Below are positions 18,405-28,243 of a stretch of 64,000 nucleotides of DNA, piece by piece. The DNA comes from an uncultured Campylobacter sp. Its GTDB lineage: Bacteria > Campylobacterota > Campylobacteria > Campylobacterales > Campylobacteraceae. Both the position numbers and the translations under genes were made by a program. The stretch lies in assembly GCA_963518785.1 (NCBI GenBank), contig CAUQKJ010000006.1:54410-118409 (forward strand), in the 5' to 3' direction. The notes below the pieces were generated by a model, which did no database searches, was not told where the DNA came from, and saw nothing but the letters and a program-made list of their open reading frames with translations. How positions within the stretch are numbered: position 1 is the stretch's first letter; each line of letters opens with the position of its first letter.

Positions 18405-18440
18405 GCGCAGTGCTTTTGTGGCGCGGGCGTTCGTAAATTT
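18405..18440 (+). terminator. Possible terminator hairpin after the hydro-lyase operon
   Basis: CGTCCGCGC-N12-GCGCGGGCG stem (one G-U pair) followed by a U-containing tail TTCGTAAATTT. Confidence 0.35.
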
Positions 18441-18765
18441 ATCGGCGTCCGCTCGGGCGCCCTAAATTTCGCAGCATAATCTGCGGCGTTTGTTTCGCGA
18501 AATTTTACGCTGTCGCGCAGTGAAATTTTATAGCGAATTTAAAGCGCGCCCGTAAAATTTTATCTCTCTTATGGCACGGAATTTTTAAAATTTCGTGCCG
18601 CTTAAACTTCTACCAAGATTCCGCCTTCGCTACATTTAGACGATCCGACGCTAAAATTTAACCGTAAATTTACGCAAGTCTAAATTTTAAAATTTCGTCG
18701 CCGTTCGTAAGCAAATTTAAAGCCCGCAGGCGTCATAATCCATCTTAAATTTAAAAAGGAGCAAA

Positions 18766-19794
18766 ATGAGCGCGAGCGAGCTGGAGCAGATCAGACTGGG
18801 GCTTTTGTATAAGGCGAAAAGAAATATGATCTTAACGGCAGCGTGCATGCTATTTTACGGCGCGTTTTTGTTATACAAGCTACGCGACGAAGAAGGTATG
18901 GCGACTTTGGTGTCGTCTATCGGATTATTCGGGCCTGTTCTTATCGTAGGCGTTTTGTGCGATGAAAGCTCTATAAAAGCTAAGATAATCTGTGCTGTCT
19001 ACGTTTTTATAATGTGCCTATTTTGGATCGGTTTACAAAGCCACCCAACGACTTCCAAATATATCTCATTCGCAGCCATGACTTTAGTCTTGGCCGCTTC
19101 GAGTTTTTTTGTATTATTTAGAGTGCTTAAACGAGCTTATTCGATAAAATTTCGGCGCGCTTTTAAAGAGCATTATCTAAGGCCTTATTTTAAAGCGTTC
19201 GGCTATCGATACGATATTGAAGGCAGTATCGATCCCGCCAAACTCAAGCTCTCTGAGCTTTTTTCGCGACTAGACGAATTCTTAGACGGCAACGACAGGG
19301 TTTTGGGCGTTTATGACGGCGTGAGTTTTGCCTTTTGCGATGTGAAATTGTTTAATAGAATTTTGAAAAGCGAAATCCTCGGTACCTTTTTCTACGCGGA
19401 ATTTAACAAACGCATAAGTGCCAAAACCCTGATTTTTCCCGCTCGCACCGGCGCGCCGAACACCCTCGGGCTAAAAAAGATCGATATGGACGATGCGGAG
19501 TTTAATGCCGCCTTCGCCGTGTATTGCGAGGACGCGACGAGCGCGATGTACATTCTAACGCCAGCCTTTATGCGCAGGCTCTTGCGCTTCGCAGGCGCCG
19601 TAGCCGCGCCCGTCAGTCTTAGCTTCGCAGATAGCAAAATTTATATTTTCGTAAATACGGGGCGCGATAATTTCGAGCCGGACATCGACGAAAGCGTGCT
19701 GCGCCGCGACCCTGCCGCGCAGCTCAAGCGCGAGCTTTCGCATTTTTTAGCGATCGTAAAAAACTTAAAACTAAACGAAAGAATTTGGAGCTAG
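18766..19794 (+). CDS. Membrane protein, probably DUF3137 family
   Basis: N-terminal TM helices, then a soluble part with GVYDGVSFAFCDVKL...GTFFYAEFNK...AFAVYCEDATSAMYILTPAFMRRL. This resembles DUF3137 proteins from memory only. Confidence 0.55.
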   Translation: MSASELEQIRLGLLYKAKRNMILTAACMLFYGAFLLYKLRDEEGMATLVSSIGLFGPVLIVGVLCDESSIKAKIICAVYVFIMCLFWIGLQSHPTTSKYISFAAMTLVLAASSFFVLFRVLKRAYSIKFRRAFKEHYLRPYFKAFGYRYDIEGSIDPAKLKLSELFSRLDEFLDGNDRVLGVYDGVSFAFCDVKLFNRILKSEILGTFFYAEFNKRISAKTLIFPARTGAPNTLGLKKIDMDDAEFNAAFAVYCEDATSAMYILTPAFMRRLLRFAGAVAAPVSLSFADSKIYIFVNTGRDNFEPDIDESVLRRDPAAQLKRELSHFLAIVKNLKLNERIWS

Positions 19795-19888
19795 CGGGCG
19801 GCTCGCCGCAGCTTTGCATGTCACAGCCTCGCGCACTATAATATAACTTCACACGCCGCGCCGCGGCTTCCACATGCTACAGCTCTGT

Positions 19889-19951
19889 GCGCCTTAAAAT
19901 TTGAAATTTTAAAATTTCGCTTTTTGATTTCGTACTTTGAAATTTTAAGGC
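19889..19951. repeat. Inverted repeat GCGCCTTAAAATTT...AAATTTTAAGGCGC in a convergent intergenic region rich in GAAATTT/AAAATTT units
   Basis: 14-nt arms read directly. The loop contains an exact AAATTTTAAAATTT copy (19904-19917). Confidence 0.7.
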
Positions 19952-20178
19952 GCGTAAAATCCCGCGCGTTTTGAAATTTAAAATTTTAATCCACACTACG
20001 GAATTTCGCAGCGTAAAATTTAAAATTCTGAAAATAAAATTCCGCGCCTTGAAATTCTACGCTTTAAAATTTTGTAGCCAAAATTTTAAAAGATTAAAAT
20101 TTGAAATTTGCCGCACCTTGAAATTTATAACCTCAAAGTCTTTAAATTTAACGCAACCGCCAAGCGTAGCAGCACCTA

Positions 20179-21177
20179 TCAAAGCCCCTGCGCGCTAGAG
20201 GGCGCGACTAACTCCTCTATAATTTTACTGGGCTCGCAATGAGTTATTTTGCTCTCTATCGTAAATTTTTCGCCGTCAAATTTAAAATATCGATATTCAT
20301 CGACGAGCTCGCCGTCAGGGTATTTGTCGCTAGATTTTACCTTAAGAGCGCCCAGTATGCCGTTTTCAAAGGTCAAAAACGTCCTTTTAGCGTATTTATT
20401 CTTTATCTCATCGCTGCCATCTAAATATGAGAAGAAGTCATATCTTATGCTAAACACGGCGGAATCGCCAGATGGCGTTAAAGAGTTCATCTTAGAGCAG
20501 TCGCAATCCCCGCCGCATAAGCTGACGTAATGAAATATATTCGCCGTTTTTATACCTGTTTCATTTACTTCTACTGCCTTAAGTTCGTCACTTGCGACTC
20601 TGTTAGAGCCCTTTGATACTCCGTAAACTAGATATAAATTTTCTTTAACTTTAAAAACTTTTATCACTTGCTCGCTGCCCCATGCGGTATCAAACGCCCA
20701 CTCGCCGCAGTCGCAATCCCGCCCGCCGCCAAGGACGCATTCTTGCAGATGCTGTGTATTTTTGCCGGTAAAATCCATAATGAAATTTCGCTCGCCGTTT
20801 ACGTATTGATACGCTACGTAGTTCGCGCCCATCGTGCCGCCAGTGCTGATATTTACCGAATATGCCCGAAACTTGCCGTCCTGCGAGATCGCCATATTCG
20901 GTGCGAACCTCAAGGATTTTAAAATTTGTGGAGCGCTCTCGCCCGCGCTTTGCAAAAACTCCATAAACGCAGCCCTTAGCCTAACGATGCTCTCGCAGGG
21001 CGTCCCATCGGGGCGATGCCTGGCTTCATCGATTTCTTTCAGCGCCGCGTCTAAATTTGCCGTTAAAATTTCTAGGTTTTGATCCTTTTGAGCGCTGTTT
21101 GCACCTCCCGCCAAAGCGGGCGTCACCTCAGCGAATACGAAGTTTAATAAGCATAAAAACGAAATTAAAATTTTCAA
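20179..21177 (-). CDS. Secreted hypothetical protein with two GG(R)DCDC motifs
   Basis: Signal peptide MKILISFLCLLNFVFA. Contains LGGGRDCDCGEW and LCGGDCDCSK. No family recognised. Confidence 0.55.
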   Translation of the reverse strand: MKILISFLCLLNFVFAEVTPALAGGANSAQKDQNLEILTANLDAALKEIDEARHRPDGTPCESIVRLRAAFMEFLQSAGESAPQILKSLRFAPNMAISQDGKFRAYSVNISTGGTMGANYVAYQYVNGERNFIMDFTGKNTQHLQECVLGGGRDCDCGEWAFDTAWGSEQVIKVFKVKENLYLVYGVSKGSNRVASDELKAVEVNETGIKTANIFHYVSLCGGDCDCSKMNSLTPSGDSAVFSIRYDFFSYLDGSDEIKNKYAKRTFLTFENGILGALKVKSSDKYPDGELVDEYRYFKFDGEKFTIESKITHCEPSKIIEELVAPSSAQGL

Positions 21178-21368
21178 GCCGCGTCCTTTAAATCTTTGAT
21201 TTTCGCTAGATTATAGCGCAAATTTACGCCGCGCGAGATTTGGATTTAGAATTTACGCCGCTAAATTTAAAATCCAAATCCGCTCGCTGCAGAATTCTGC
21301 GAAACTGCGGAATTTGAAATTTCGTGAAGTTATAGAATTTTGCGAGGCTACCGTTTGAAATTCGCCTT

Positions 21369-22889
21369 TCAAAGCATAAGGCTAAGCAGCAGCAAAAATC
21401 CGATGAAGCTTAGGGTGTTGCCGAAGGAGCCGCCGATGTGATCGCCGAGCCACGTCAGCACGAGCGCACCGCCTAGACGCAGACCTATTTGTAGCGCCAC
21501 GCTCGCGATAAAATCTATCACGCGCCGAAGCCCGCTACGCGTATCGCCGAGCTCGCTACCACGGCTTTGGTTCCACAGTCCGCTTACGCGGTAGTCCTTG
21601 TAGCGGGCGCGGAGAATATCGCCGTTTTGCAGCTCGAAGCTCTGCGAAGCGTCCTTCGCCTTGGCGGGTGCCGCGGCTTCGGCAGAGCTGGCGGAATTTA
21701 TAGAATTTGCTGCGTTAGTAGAATTTACAGAGCTTGCGGAATTCGCTGATTTCGCAAAATTCTTAATACTCGTAGAATTTACGGAATTTTCTGCGTCTAA
21801 ATTCTTAAATTTCATGCAATTTTCGCCGTCCGCAAGCTCCGCTAAATTTTGATCCGCACGTAGCGCGCCGGAGACGATACGCCGCTTGCTATCGCCCGAT
21901 AAATATAGCCCGTCCAGCGCGAAGCCATAATAATAAACGTCGCCGCTTTGCAGCACGCGCACGCCGCTAGCATAGCCCTCTGCTTCGCCGCTTCGCTTGG
22001 GCTCTTTGGAGTGCGGAAGCGCTGCGAATATGCGTCCAAACTTCGCGGCGCGCCAGTCTCTTCGCATAAACTTGAAGCTGCAATACGCAAAAGGCGCGAG
22101 GACGGGCAGGGCTATCGCCACCGCAGGATCGTTCTTTTCAAAAATAAAGATTATGCAGTAGATACTCATCGCAGCTAGCGCTACGCCGAAAGCTGCGAAT
22201 ATCGCGGCGAGTGCCGTGCTGCCGGCGTCCTTCCAGCGCTGCGCGCCCAGGCTTAGATTAACAAAATCTATCGGAAGGGCGGAAGCGGCGGGGTTTGCCA
22301 AAGCGTCGCCACAGCTCTCGCGAGTAGAATTTAAAGAGAGGGGGCCGCTTAAATCTTTGCAATTCAAACTCGAAGTATAAAATTCCGTATTAGCGTTCGC
22401 CTGCTCGTTAAAGCCTTCGCGGATCAGGCTCAAAGCGGCGGAATTTATACCGCTGCGATCTTTGCCCACTAAATCAAATACCGCAGAATTTTGGCGTGCA
22501 CTTGCCTCGGTATTGCTATGTGCGTCGCAGTCTAAATTTGCGGCAGTGGAATTTTTGCTATTTGGAGTTTCGTAACTAGAGCGTGGCGCGGAATTTTCGC
22601 CGCTTAAATCGGCGCCACTTAAAGCGCTTCGGCTGGAATTTAACCCCCTCAAAGCTTCGTGGTCGGAATTTGAGCTTGAAGCCTCGTATATCACCGCCAG
22701 CTCGTCGCCCTCGCGTATCGGAAGATAAAGTCCGTCGCGCTTTAAGTCCAAATTCCCCGCAAAGCGCAAGCCCTCCAGCGTAAAGCTAAATTTCGCTATG
22801 TCTGCAGCCGCGGGCTGTAGCTTCAAATCCCTGGCCGTGCCGCGAGCAAGCTTGATCTGCCGCGGCGAAAGAAATTTAGCAAATCCCAT
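21369..22889 (-). CDS. Hypothetical membrane protein with long Ser/Asn/Ala low-complexity segments
   Basis: 506-aa ORF with central and C-terminal TM helices and an NS(A/V/T)N-type low-complexity run (NSVNSTSIKNFAKSANSASSVNSTNAANSINSASS). Confidence 0.5.
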   Translation of the reverse strand: MGFAKFLSPRQIKLARGTARDLKLQPAAADIAKFSFTLEGLRFAGNLDLKRDGLYLPIREGDELAVIYEASSSNSDHEALRGLNSSRSALSGADLSGENSAPRSSYETPNSKNSTAANLDCDAHSNTEASARQNSAVFDLVGKDRSGINSAALSLIREGFNEQANANTEFYTSSLNCKDLSGPLSLNSTRESCGDALANPAASALPIDFVNLSLGAQRWKDAGSTALAAIFAAFGVALAAMSIYCIIFIFEKNDPAVAIALPVLAPFAYCSFKFMRRDWRAAKFGRIFAALPHSKEPKRSGEAEGYASGVRVLQSGDVYYYGFALDGLYLSGDSKRRIVSGALRADQNLAELADGENCMKFKNLDAENSVNSTSIKNFAKSANSASSVNSTNAANSINSASSAEAAAPAKAKDASQSFELQNGDILRARYKDYRVSGLWNQSRGSELGDTRSGLRRVIDFIASVALQIGLRLGGALVLTWLGDHIGGSFGNTLSFIGFLLLLSLML

Positions 22890-22926
22890 GCGCGCCTTTC
22901 AAATTTAGAAAAATTCCGCCCCTTCT

Positions 22927-23646
22927 CTATTTCGCGGCGGATTTTTTGCGGATCTGGATATTGATGAGCTCCACCAGCAGCGAAAACGCCATCGAGAAGT
23001 AGATGTAGCCCTTAGGTATGTGAAAGCCCAGGCCGTCGGCGATCAGAGAGACGCCCACTAGGATCAAAAACGCAAGCGCTAAAATTTTGATCGTAGGGTT
23101 TGCGTCCACGAAGCGCGCGATCGCGCCGCTAGCGAGCATCATCACGCCCACGGCGATGATGACTGCGAGGATCATCACGGGCAGGTGCTGCGCCATGCCC
23201 ACGGCGGTGATGACGCTGTCGAGCGAAAAAATGATGTCCAAAACTGCGATCTGCACGAGCGTGCCGCCGAAGCTTGCCTTGCCGCCGCCGGCGCTATGTT
23301 CGTGCGCCTCGCCCGTGGCGCTGGAGTGGATTTCGAGCGTGGATTTGACGAGTAGAAACAATCCGCCGCCGATCAGCACGAGATCGCGTCCGCTAAAATC
23401 GCGCGTAAGCACGCTAAATAGCGGCTTGGTAAGCCCCATGATCCAGCTTAGGCTAAGAAGCAGCAGTATGCGCGTGAACATCGCAAGCGCGAGCCCCATT
23501 ATACGGGCGCGTCCGCGCTGCGCCTCGGGCAGGCGGCCGCATAAAATCGCGATAAAGATGATATTGTCGATGCCAAGCACGATCTCAAGCCCCGTGAGCG
23601 TCGCCAGGCTGATCCATGCCTCGGGTGAGGCGATCCATTCAAACAT
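22927..23646 (-). CDS. TerC-family integral membrane protein
   Basis: LEIVLGIDNIIFIAIL and the second-half repeat DIIFSLDSVITAVG are typical TerC/YjbE motifs. 239 aa, about 7 TM helices. Confidence 0.8.
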   Translation of the reverse strand: MFEWIASPEAWISLATLTGLEIVLGIDNIIFIAILCGRLPEAQRGRARIMGLALAMFTRILLLLSLSWIMGLTKPLFSVLTRDFSGRDLVLIGGGLFLLVKSTLEIHSSATGEAHEHSAGGGKASFGGTLVQIAVLDIIFSLDSVITAVGMAQHLPVMILAVIIAVGVMMLASGAIARFVDANPTIKILALAFLILVGVSLIADGLGFHIPKGYIYFSMAFSLLVELINIQIRKKSAAK

Positions 23647-23924
23647 CGGTTTCCTTTGGGTGAAATTTAAGCCGTGATGATAGCGAAAGTTTGGTTAAAA
23701 TTTCTAAATTTTACCGCCTTCGTGCGCGAAACTGCGCGGGGAATTTCTGCGATGCGATGCGGACGGGCTATCTTGGAATTTTACCGCAAGACTATTTCAC
23801 TAAAAGGCGCAAAGCGCCGCATGCGCGGCAAAATTGCGGCGCGCAGAATTTCGTGGATTGAGAGAGCGAAATTTTGACGGCGAAATTTTAAAATTTAGGC
23901 TATAAATTTACCCGTTTTTAAGCA

Positions 23925-23933
23925 GGGGGGGGG
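23925..23933. repeat. Homopolymeric G9 tract in the promoter region of the downstream lipoprotein gene
   Basis: agcaGGGGGGGGGtagcat read directly, 38 nt upstream of the ATG at 23971. It is the only G/C run of 8 or more noticed in the window. Confidence 0.9.
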
Positions 23934-23970
23934 TAGCATTATTTTCAGAATTTATTTTAAAGGAGTGAAG

Positions 23971-24732
23971 ATGAGATATGCGCTAGGTGTCGCGCTTGCG
24001 GCATTTATTTTAACAGGATGCGGCGAGGACGAAGTAGAGCTCGTAAAAAACTACACTCTGCCTGATTTCAAGTCTATGAGTATCGGCACGGCGATCGAGG
24101 GCTCGAAAATCTGCAAAAGTGTTACGTGGAGCAAAGAGGAAAACGGCGGATTAAAGACGGTTAAGATGGTCTGCGACGTGGATACGGAGAAAGTGATAGC
24201 AAAGAATGTAGAATCAAAGAAAGAGCTCGACCAAGAGCTGTTGAGCGCTATTTTAGATAGCGCTATGATCTTTTATGGAGGAAAGACTTATGATAAGCAA
24301 GGTCTGCTTAAGATAGCGAATGAGCATTGCAAAATAAACGATGCAAAATTTCAAAAAACGCTCAAGACTAAAGGGAAGATAGATTATAACGATCGACGAA
24401 TGCTAGTTGATTGTGACGATAAATTAATATATGAAATACTAAAGCCCGGCGATTCTAGAATCAACGAAACAAATTGTATGGGTGATATTATGATGCTTTT
24501 GGAAGAAGTGAAAGAAGCTGTTTATTTGTCTCAGCTAACGCCTGAACAAGAAAAAGCTGAGCTAGGAAAAGAGGCAAAGCTATTACCCTCTACGGTTGAG
24601 CTAAATTTTGTGTTAAATGCCAACAAGAGCGTAAGCCTGTCCAATAAATTTAAAATTACTAAAAACGGCAAAGAAGATTCTAATAATAGAATAAGTTCAA
24701 AAGATATTCTTTCGGGCTTCTGCGAAAGATAA
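23971..24732 (+). CDS. Hypothetical lipoprotein
   Basis: Start set at the ATG after AAAGGAG. Lipobox AAFILTGC. Composition is lower in GC than the flanks. Confidence 0.65.
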   Translation: MRYALGVALAAFILTGCGEDEVELVKNYTLPDFKSMSIGTAIEGSKICKSVTWSKEENGGLKTVKMVCDVDTEKVIAKNVESKKELDQELLSAILDSAMIFYGGKTYDKQGLLKIANEHCKINDAKFQKTLKTKGKIDYNDRRMLVDCDDKLIYEILKPGDSRINETNCMGDIMMLLEEVKEAVYLSQLTPEQEKAELGKEAKLLPSTVELNFVLNANKSVSLSNKFKITKNGKEDSNNRISSKDILSGFCER

Positions 24733-24747
24733 CAGGCGCTTATCTCG

Positions 24748-24790
24748 CGGCTAAATTTGATGAAATTTTGAAATTTAGCCGCCTTTTTTA
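24748..24790 (+). terminator. Rho-independent terminator of the lipoprotein gene
   Basis: GCGGCTAAATTT-N11-AAATTTAGCCGC followed by CTTTTTTA. Confidence 0.8.
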
Positions 24791-25263
24791 TATCAAAATT
24801 TCATTCAAAATTTTACCCGCGGTTTTAAATTTAAAACGCGATGCCTTCTCGTCGTTAAGGCTAAATTTAAATTTAAGCTTTATTGGGGCGTGCGGACTGA
24901 ATTTGTGCTGCGAGGAATTTTAAATTTTATTCAGCATACTGCGCGGCGCGGATAAGCGAGCGAGTCGAGCTTGCGGTTTTAGATAAATTCGACCTTATAC
25001 GGGCCCTTACAAGATACGAAAGTACGGGTTAAAATTCCTGCAAGCAGCGCAAGAGTAGACTATAGCCGAGAGCGCAGGCTGTGGGCTATTAAATTTCTTG
25101 CTAGCTAGGCAAAAAGCGTATTCGCCTGCCAAAACTAGCGATTGTCGTATCGGCTAAAATCGGCGTGCTTTGCATTCAAATATGAGTTTCGGCGTGGTCT
25201 GCCGACGGAGTATCAACCGAAATCGGCGGTTTTCCTCGCCAATAAAGCAGGCTTATTGCCGCG

Positions 25264-25827
25264 TTAATCAAACAGCGAGGGTTGCAGCGATTTGATCTTG
25301 TAGCTTGTGCGGTGAAACGGCGTGAGCCCGTAGCGTTCGATCGCCGCGATGTGCGTGCGCGAGCCGTAGCCTTTGTTTTGCGCGAAGCCGTATTGCGGGT
25401 AGCGCTGCGCGAGCTCATACATCGTGCGGTCGCGCGTGACTTTGGCGAGGATGCTCGCCGCGCTTACTTCGGCGATTTGCGCGTCGGCCTTTACGAGCGT
25501 TTGAAGCCCGCGTACGCCGAAGGTTGCGTTGCCGTCGTAGATGATCTGTCCGCTAAAATCCCCAAAATACGCGAGAATCTGCTCAAGCGCCGATCTTAGA
25601 CATGCGCTGAGTCCGATCTCATCGACCTGTGCGCTTGAAATTTCGACGATTTTGTAGCGCGAGTTTTTGGTGATTACGGCGTAGAGCTCCTCGCGCCGCT
25701 TTTCGCTTAGCTTTTTGCTATCGGCAAGGCCTGCGATCTCGCGTTGCAGCACACATCCCGCGACGCAAAGCGGTCCTGCAAGGCAGCCGCGCCCCGCCTC
25801 GTCGATGCCGCAAATTTGCCCGCTCAC
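25264..25827 (-). CDS. rnhB: Ribonuclease HII
   Basis: GIDEAGRGCLAGPL active-site motif and DSKKLS. 187 aa. Confidence 0.9.
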   Translation of the reverse strand: MSGQICGIDEAGRGCLAGPLCVAGCVLQREIAGLADSKKLSEKRREELYAVITKNSRYKIVEISSAQVDEIGLSACLRSALEQILAYFGDFSGQIIYDGNATFGVRGLQTLVKADAQIAEVSAASILAKVTRDRTMYELAQRYPQYGFAQNKGYGSRTHIAAIERYGLTPFHRTSYKIKSLQPSLFD

Positions 25828-26249
25828 TGCGCGTCCTTTCGCACGACTGGCGCGGCCCCGCTTAGCAGGTCGTGTAAATTCAGCCTATCTTTGCGAAAAA
25901 AGCAGATCAAAAGCCCGATGACGCTAAAGCCTGCAAAAACGAAGCACGCAAAGCGAGCCAGCGCCCTAAAGAAGCTTACTTTGCGCCCGCTGCGAACATC
26001 GATGAGGTAAAGCCCCGCCAGCTTGTAGCCTGGCGTCTGGGCGCTGCGGGCGTAAAATGCCGCGCAAATAGCGCCGTATGCGAGCCATATAAGCGCGATT
26101 GCAGCTTGGTTGCGCCACAGAGCCTCTTTCGAGCCCAAGACGAGATAGGTAACGCCGTAGAACAGGGGCATCGCGATGATGAAAAGATCGACGATGAAGG
26201 CCTTTATGCGCAGAAAAATCGGTGAAATTTTAGCTTTTTGTTTTGCCAT
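25824..26249 (-). CDS. RDD-family membrane protein
   Basis: RIKAFIVD..., QTPGYKLAGLYLID..GRK and NLHDLLSG fit the RDD domain layout with 3 TM helices. 4-nt overlap with rnhB. Confidence 0.65.
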   Translation of the reverse strand: MAKQKAKISPIFLRIKAFIVDLFIIAMPLFYGVTYLVLGSKEALWRNQAAIALIWLAYGAICAAFYARSAQTPGYKLAGLYLIDVRSGRKVSFFRALARFACFVFAGFSVIGLLICFFRKDRLNLHDLLSGAAPVVRKDAQ

Positions 26250-26352
26250 TTTGATCCATTTTGGATTAAATTTTAAAATTCCGGCGCGCTAAATTTAGAG
26301 CCTAGAGGATAAGATTTAATCTCGTTGCGGTTTGTTAGCAGCAAATCGACGC

Positions 26353-26964
26353 CTAGTTTCCGCGACTGCCGGGCTTGATCGCCTTGCTTCCGGTAGCACA
26401 AAGCGGGCAGGTCGCGGGCTCGTAAATTTCAAACTCGAAATTGCCTAGCGCAAAAAACGGTTTATCCGCGGGCAGCTTGGCGCCAGCCTTAGCGACGCTG
26501 CCCGCTAAATTTGCGACCTTGCAAAATCCGCGATTGGCAAGCGCGGCAAAGCCCACGACCTCGCCGCCTAGGTTTTCGATGAGCTTTGCGCTCTCAAGAG
26601 CCGAGCCGCCCGTCGTGATGATGTCTTCGCAGACGATAAATCTCTCGCCCTTATGCACTTCAAAGCCGCGTCGCAGGCTCATTACGCGATCTACGCGCTC
26701 GGTAAATATGAAACGCTTTTTCGCCACGCGAGCTAGCTCGTAGCCCGCTAAAATTCCGCCCAGCGCGGGCGAGCAGACGCTATCAAACTCCACGCCCGCT
26801 TTTTCGATGATAGCGGCGAGTTCGTCTGCGAGCCGTCCCGCGAGCCGCGGATCCTCAAGTACTTTGGCGCTTTGCAGATAGAATTCCGAGTGGTTGCCGC
26901 TTGAAAGCAGAAAATGCCCTCGCAGATATGCGCCGCAGTCGCGATAGATTTTTTCTATATTCAC
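26353..26964 (-). CDS. pyrE: Orotate phosphoribosyltransferase
   Basis: [16 protein letters not shown] and the PRPP-binding loop [13 protein letters not shown]. Confidence 0.9.
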   Translation of the reverse strand: MNIEKIYRDCGAYLRGHFLLSSGNHSEFYLQSAKVLEDPRLAGRLADELAAIIEKAGVEFDSVCSPALGGILAGYELARVAKKRFIFTERVDRVMSLRRGFEVHKGERFIVCEDIITTGGSALESAKLIENLGGEVVGFAALANRGFCKVANLAGSVAKAGAKLPADKPFFALGNFEFEIYEPATCPLCATGSKAIKPGSRGN

Positions 26965-26967
26965 AGC

Positions 26968-27525
26968 TCAGACCTTCAAAAGCTCGGCTTCTTTGGCCTT
27001 GACTGCGTCGTCGATCTTGGCGGAGTAAGAGTCGGTGATCTTTTGTACCTCGTCATAGCCCTTTTTAGCGTCGTCTTCGGAGATCGCTTTGTCTTTTTCG
27101 AGCTTTTTAATCTCGTCGTTGGCGTCTTTGCGGACGTTGCGAATGCCGATTTTGGCCTTCTCGCCCATCGCTTTAGCCTTTTTGGCGTTTTCTTGGCGTT
27201 GCTCGACCGTCATCGGCGGGAAAAAGAGCTTCACGCTCTCGCCGTCATTAGTTGGGTTTACGCCGATATTCGCCGCTGCGATCGCGCTTTCGATCGTCTT
27301 TAGCATCGGTTTTTCCCACGGCGTGATCGAAATCGTTACCGCATCGGTCGAAAGGACGGTCGCGACCTGATTTAGCGGAGTTTGCGAGCCGTAATAATCC
27401 ACGAAAATATGATCTAGGATCGCCACGCTTACCTTGCCGGTGCGTAGCGTCGTAAAGTCCTTTTTTAAAGCCTCGATAGCTCGATCGCCGTTTGCTCTTT
27501 GCTCTTTGTAGATAGCTTCTAGCAT
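26968..27525 (-). CDS. frr: Ribosome recycling factor
   Basis: 185 aa. [32 protein letters not shown] and [12 protein letters not shown] are typical of Frr. Confidence 0.95.
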   Translation of the reverse strand: MLEAIYKEQRANGDRAIEALKKDFTTLRTGKVSVAILDHIFVDYYGSQTPLNQVATVLSTDAVTISITPWEKPMLKTIESAIAAANIGVNPTNDGESVKLFFPPMTVEQRQENAKKAKAMGEKAKIGIRNVRKDANDEIKKLEKDKAISEDDAKKGYDEVQKITDSYSAKIDDAVKAKEAELLKV

Positions 27526-27584
27526 TCAAATCCTTTAAATAAAATTTGCGAAATTATAGCGTTAAAAAAATAAGAATAGCATTT

Positions 27585-27607
27585 AAAAGCGCGGATTTTG
27601 CGCTTTT
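27585..27607 (-). terminator. Hairpin AAAAGCGC-N7-GCGCTTTT between secG and frr
   Basis: Symmetric A/T-flanked GC stem read directly, immediately downstream of the secG stop. An exact AAATTTTAAAATTT copy abuts it (27608-27621). Confidence 0.5.
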
Positions 27608-27626
27608 AAATTTTAAAATTTAGAGT

Positions 27627-28148
27627 TTATTTAGTTGTGTTTTGATCTGCGGAAGCGGCGCTGGCATTGGTATCACTTGATGCTTGCGACCGAGCAGGCG
27701 CGCTAGCTGCGGCGGTATCGGTAGCAGGAGCTGCGGGTGCTTCGATCTTCGGAGCTGTTGAATTTACCTCGCTGCTATTTACAGGATTTGCTTCGGTGCT
27801 TGCCGGAGCGAAATTAGGCTTTGCGCTTGAAGCTGGGATGTATGGCACGCCAGGGACAGCGTTTGGCACGGATTTAGTAGCATTTGCTTCAATCTTTACG
27901 CGATCGACTACGGAAGATTTAGCATCTTGCTGATAGAAATATGCGAGCACAAGTGTATTTATCACGAATAGAATTCCCATCGCGGCGGTAAATTTAGCTA
28001 AAAATCCAGCCGGACCCTTCGCTCCGAATAAGCTTTCGTTGCTTCCGCTGTATGCGCCAAGCCCGATAGAAGAGCTCTTTTGCAGCAGAACGGAGATCGT
28101 AATTATCACGGCGAAGATGACTTGTAAAACCAAAAATAACGTAGTCAC
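27627..28148 (-). CDS. secG: Preprotein translocase subunit SecG with an extended low-complexity C-terminal tail
   Basis: LLQKSSSIGLGAYSGSNESLFGAKG...FLAKFTAAMGILF is the SecG core. The start is probably the GTG at 28148 rather than the TTG at 28181. Ala/Ser/Pro-rich tail. Confidence 0.8.
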   Translation of the reverse strand: MTTLFLVLQVIFAVIITISVLLQKSSSIGLGAYSGSNESLFGAKGPAGFLAKFTAAMGILFVINTLVLAYFYQQDAKSSVVDRVKIEANATKSVPNAVPGVPYIPASSAKPNFAPASTEANPVNSSEVNSTAPKIEAPAAPATDTAAASAPARSQASSDTNASAASADQNTTK

Positions 28149-28243
28149 TATAAAAACCTTTTGAAAAAATTGAATTCGCAATTATAATAAAAGATTTATA
28201 AATTTTAAGTTAAGAGTGCACCGCGCGAAGCGGTGCGTAAAAT

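Noticed and set aside
19971-20198. 75-aa ORF MKFKILIHTTEFRSVKFKILKIKF...
   Set aside because: It is an artefact of translating tandem GAAATTT/AAAATTT intergenic repeats. It lies in a convergent terminator region.
23647-23900. Possible yybP-ykoY (Mn) riboswitch in the 320-nt leader of the TerC-family gene
   Set aside because: The conserved GGGGAGUAG / AGACC-type elements were not found on the correct (minus) strand. Only GC hairpins and the AAATTTTAAAATTT motif are present.
25176-25418. 80-aa minus-strand ORF overlapping the rnhB 3' end
   Set aside because: It is an alternative frame of rnhB extending into noncoding DNA, with Arg/Ser/Thr-rich junk sequence.
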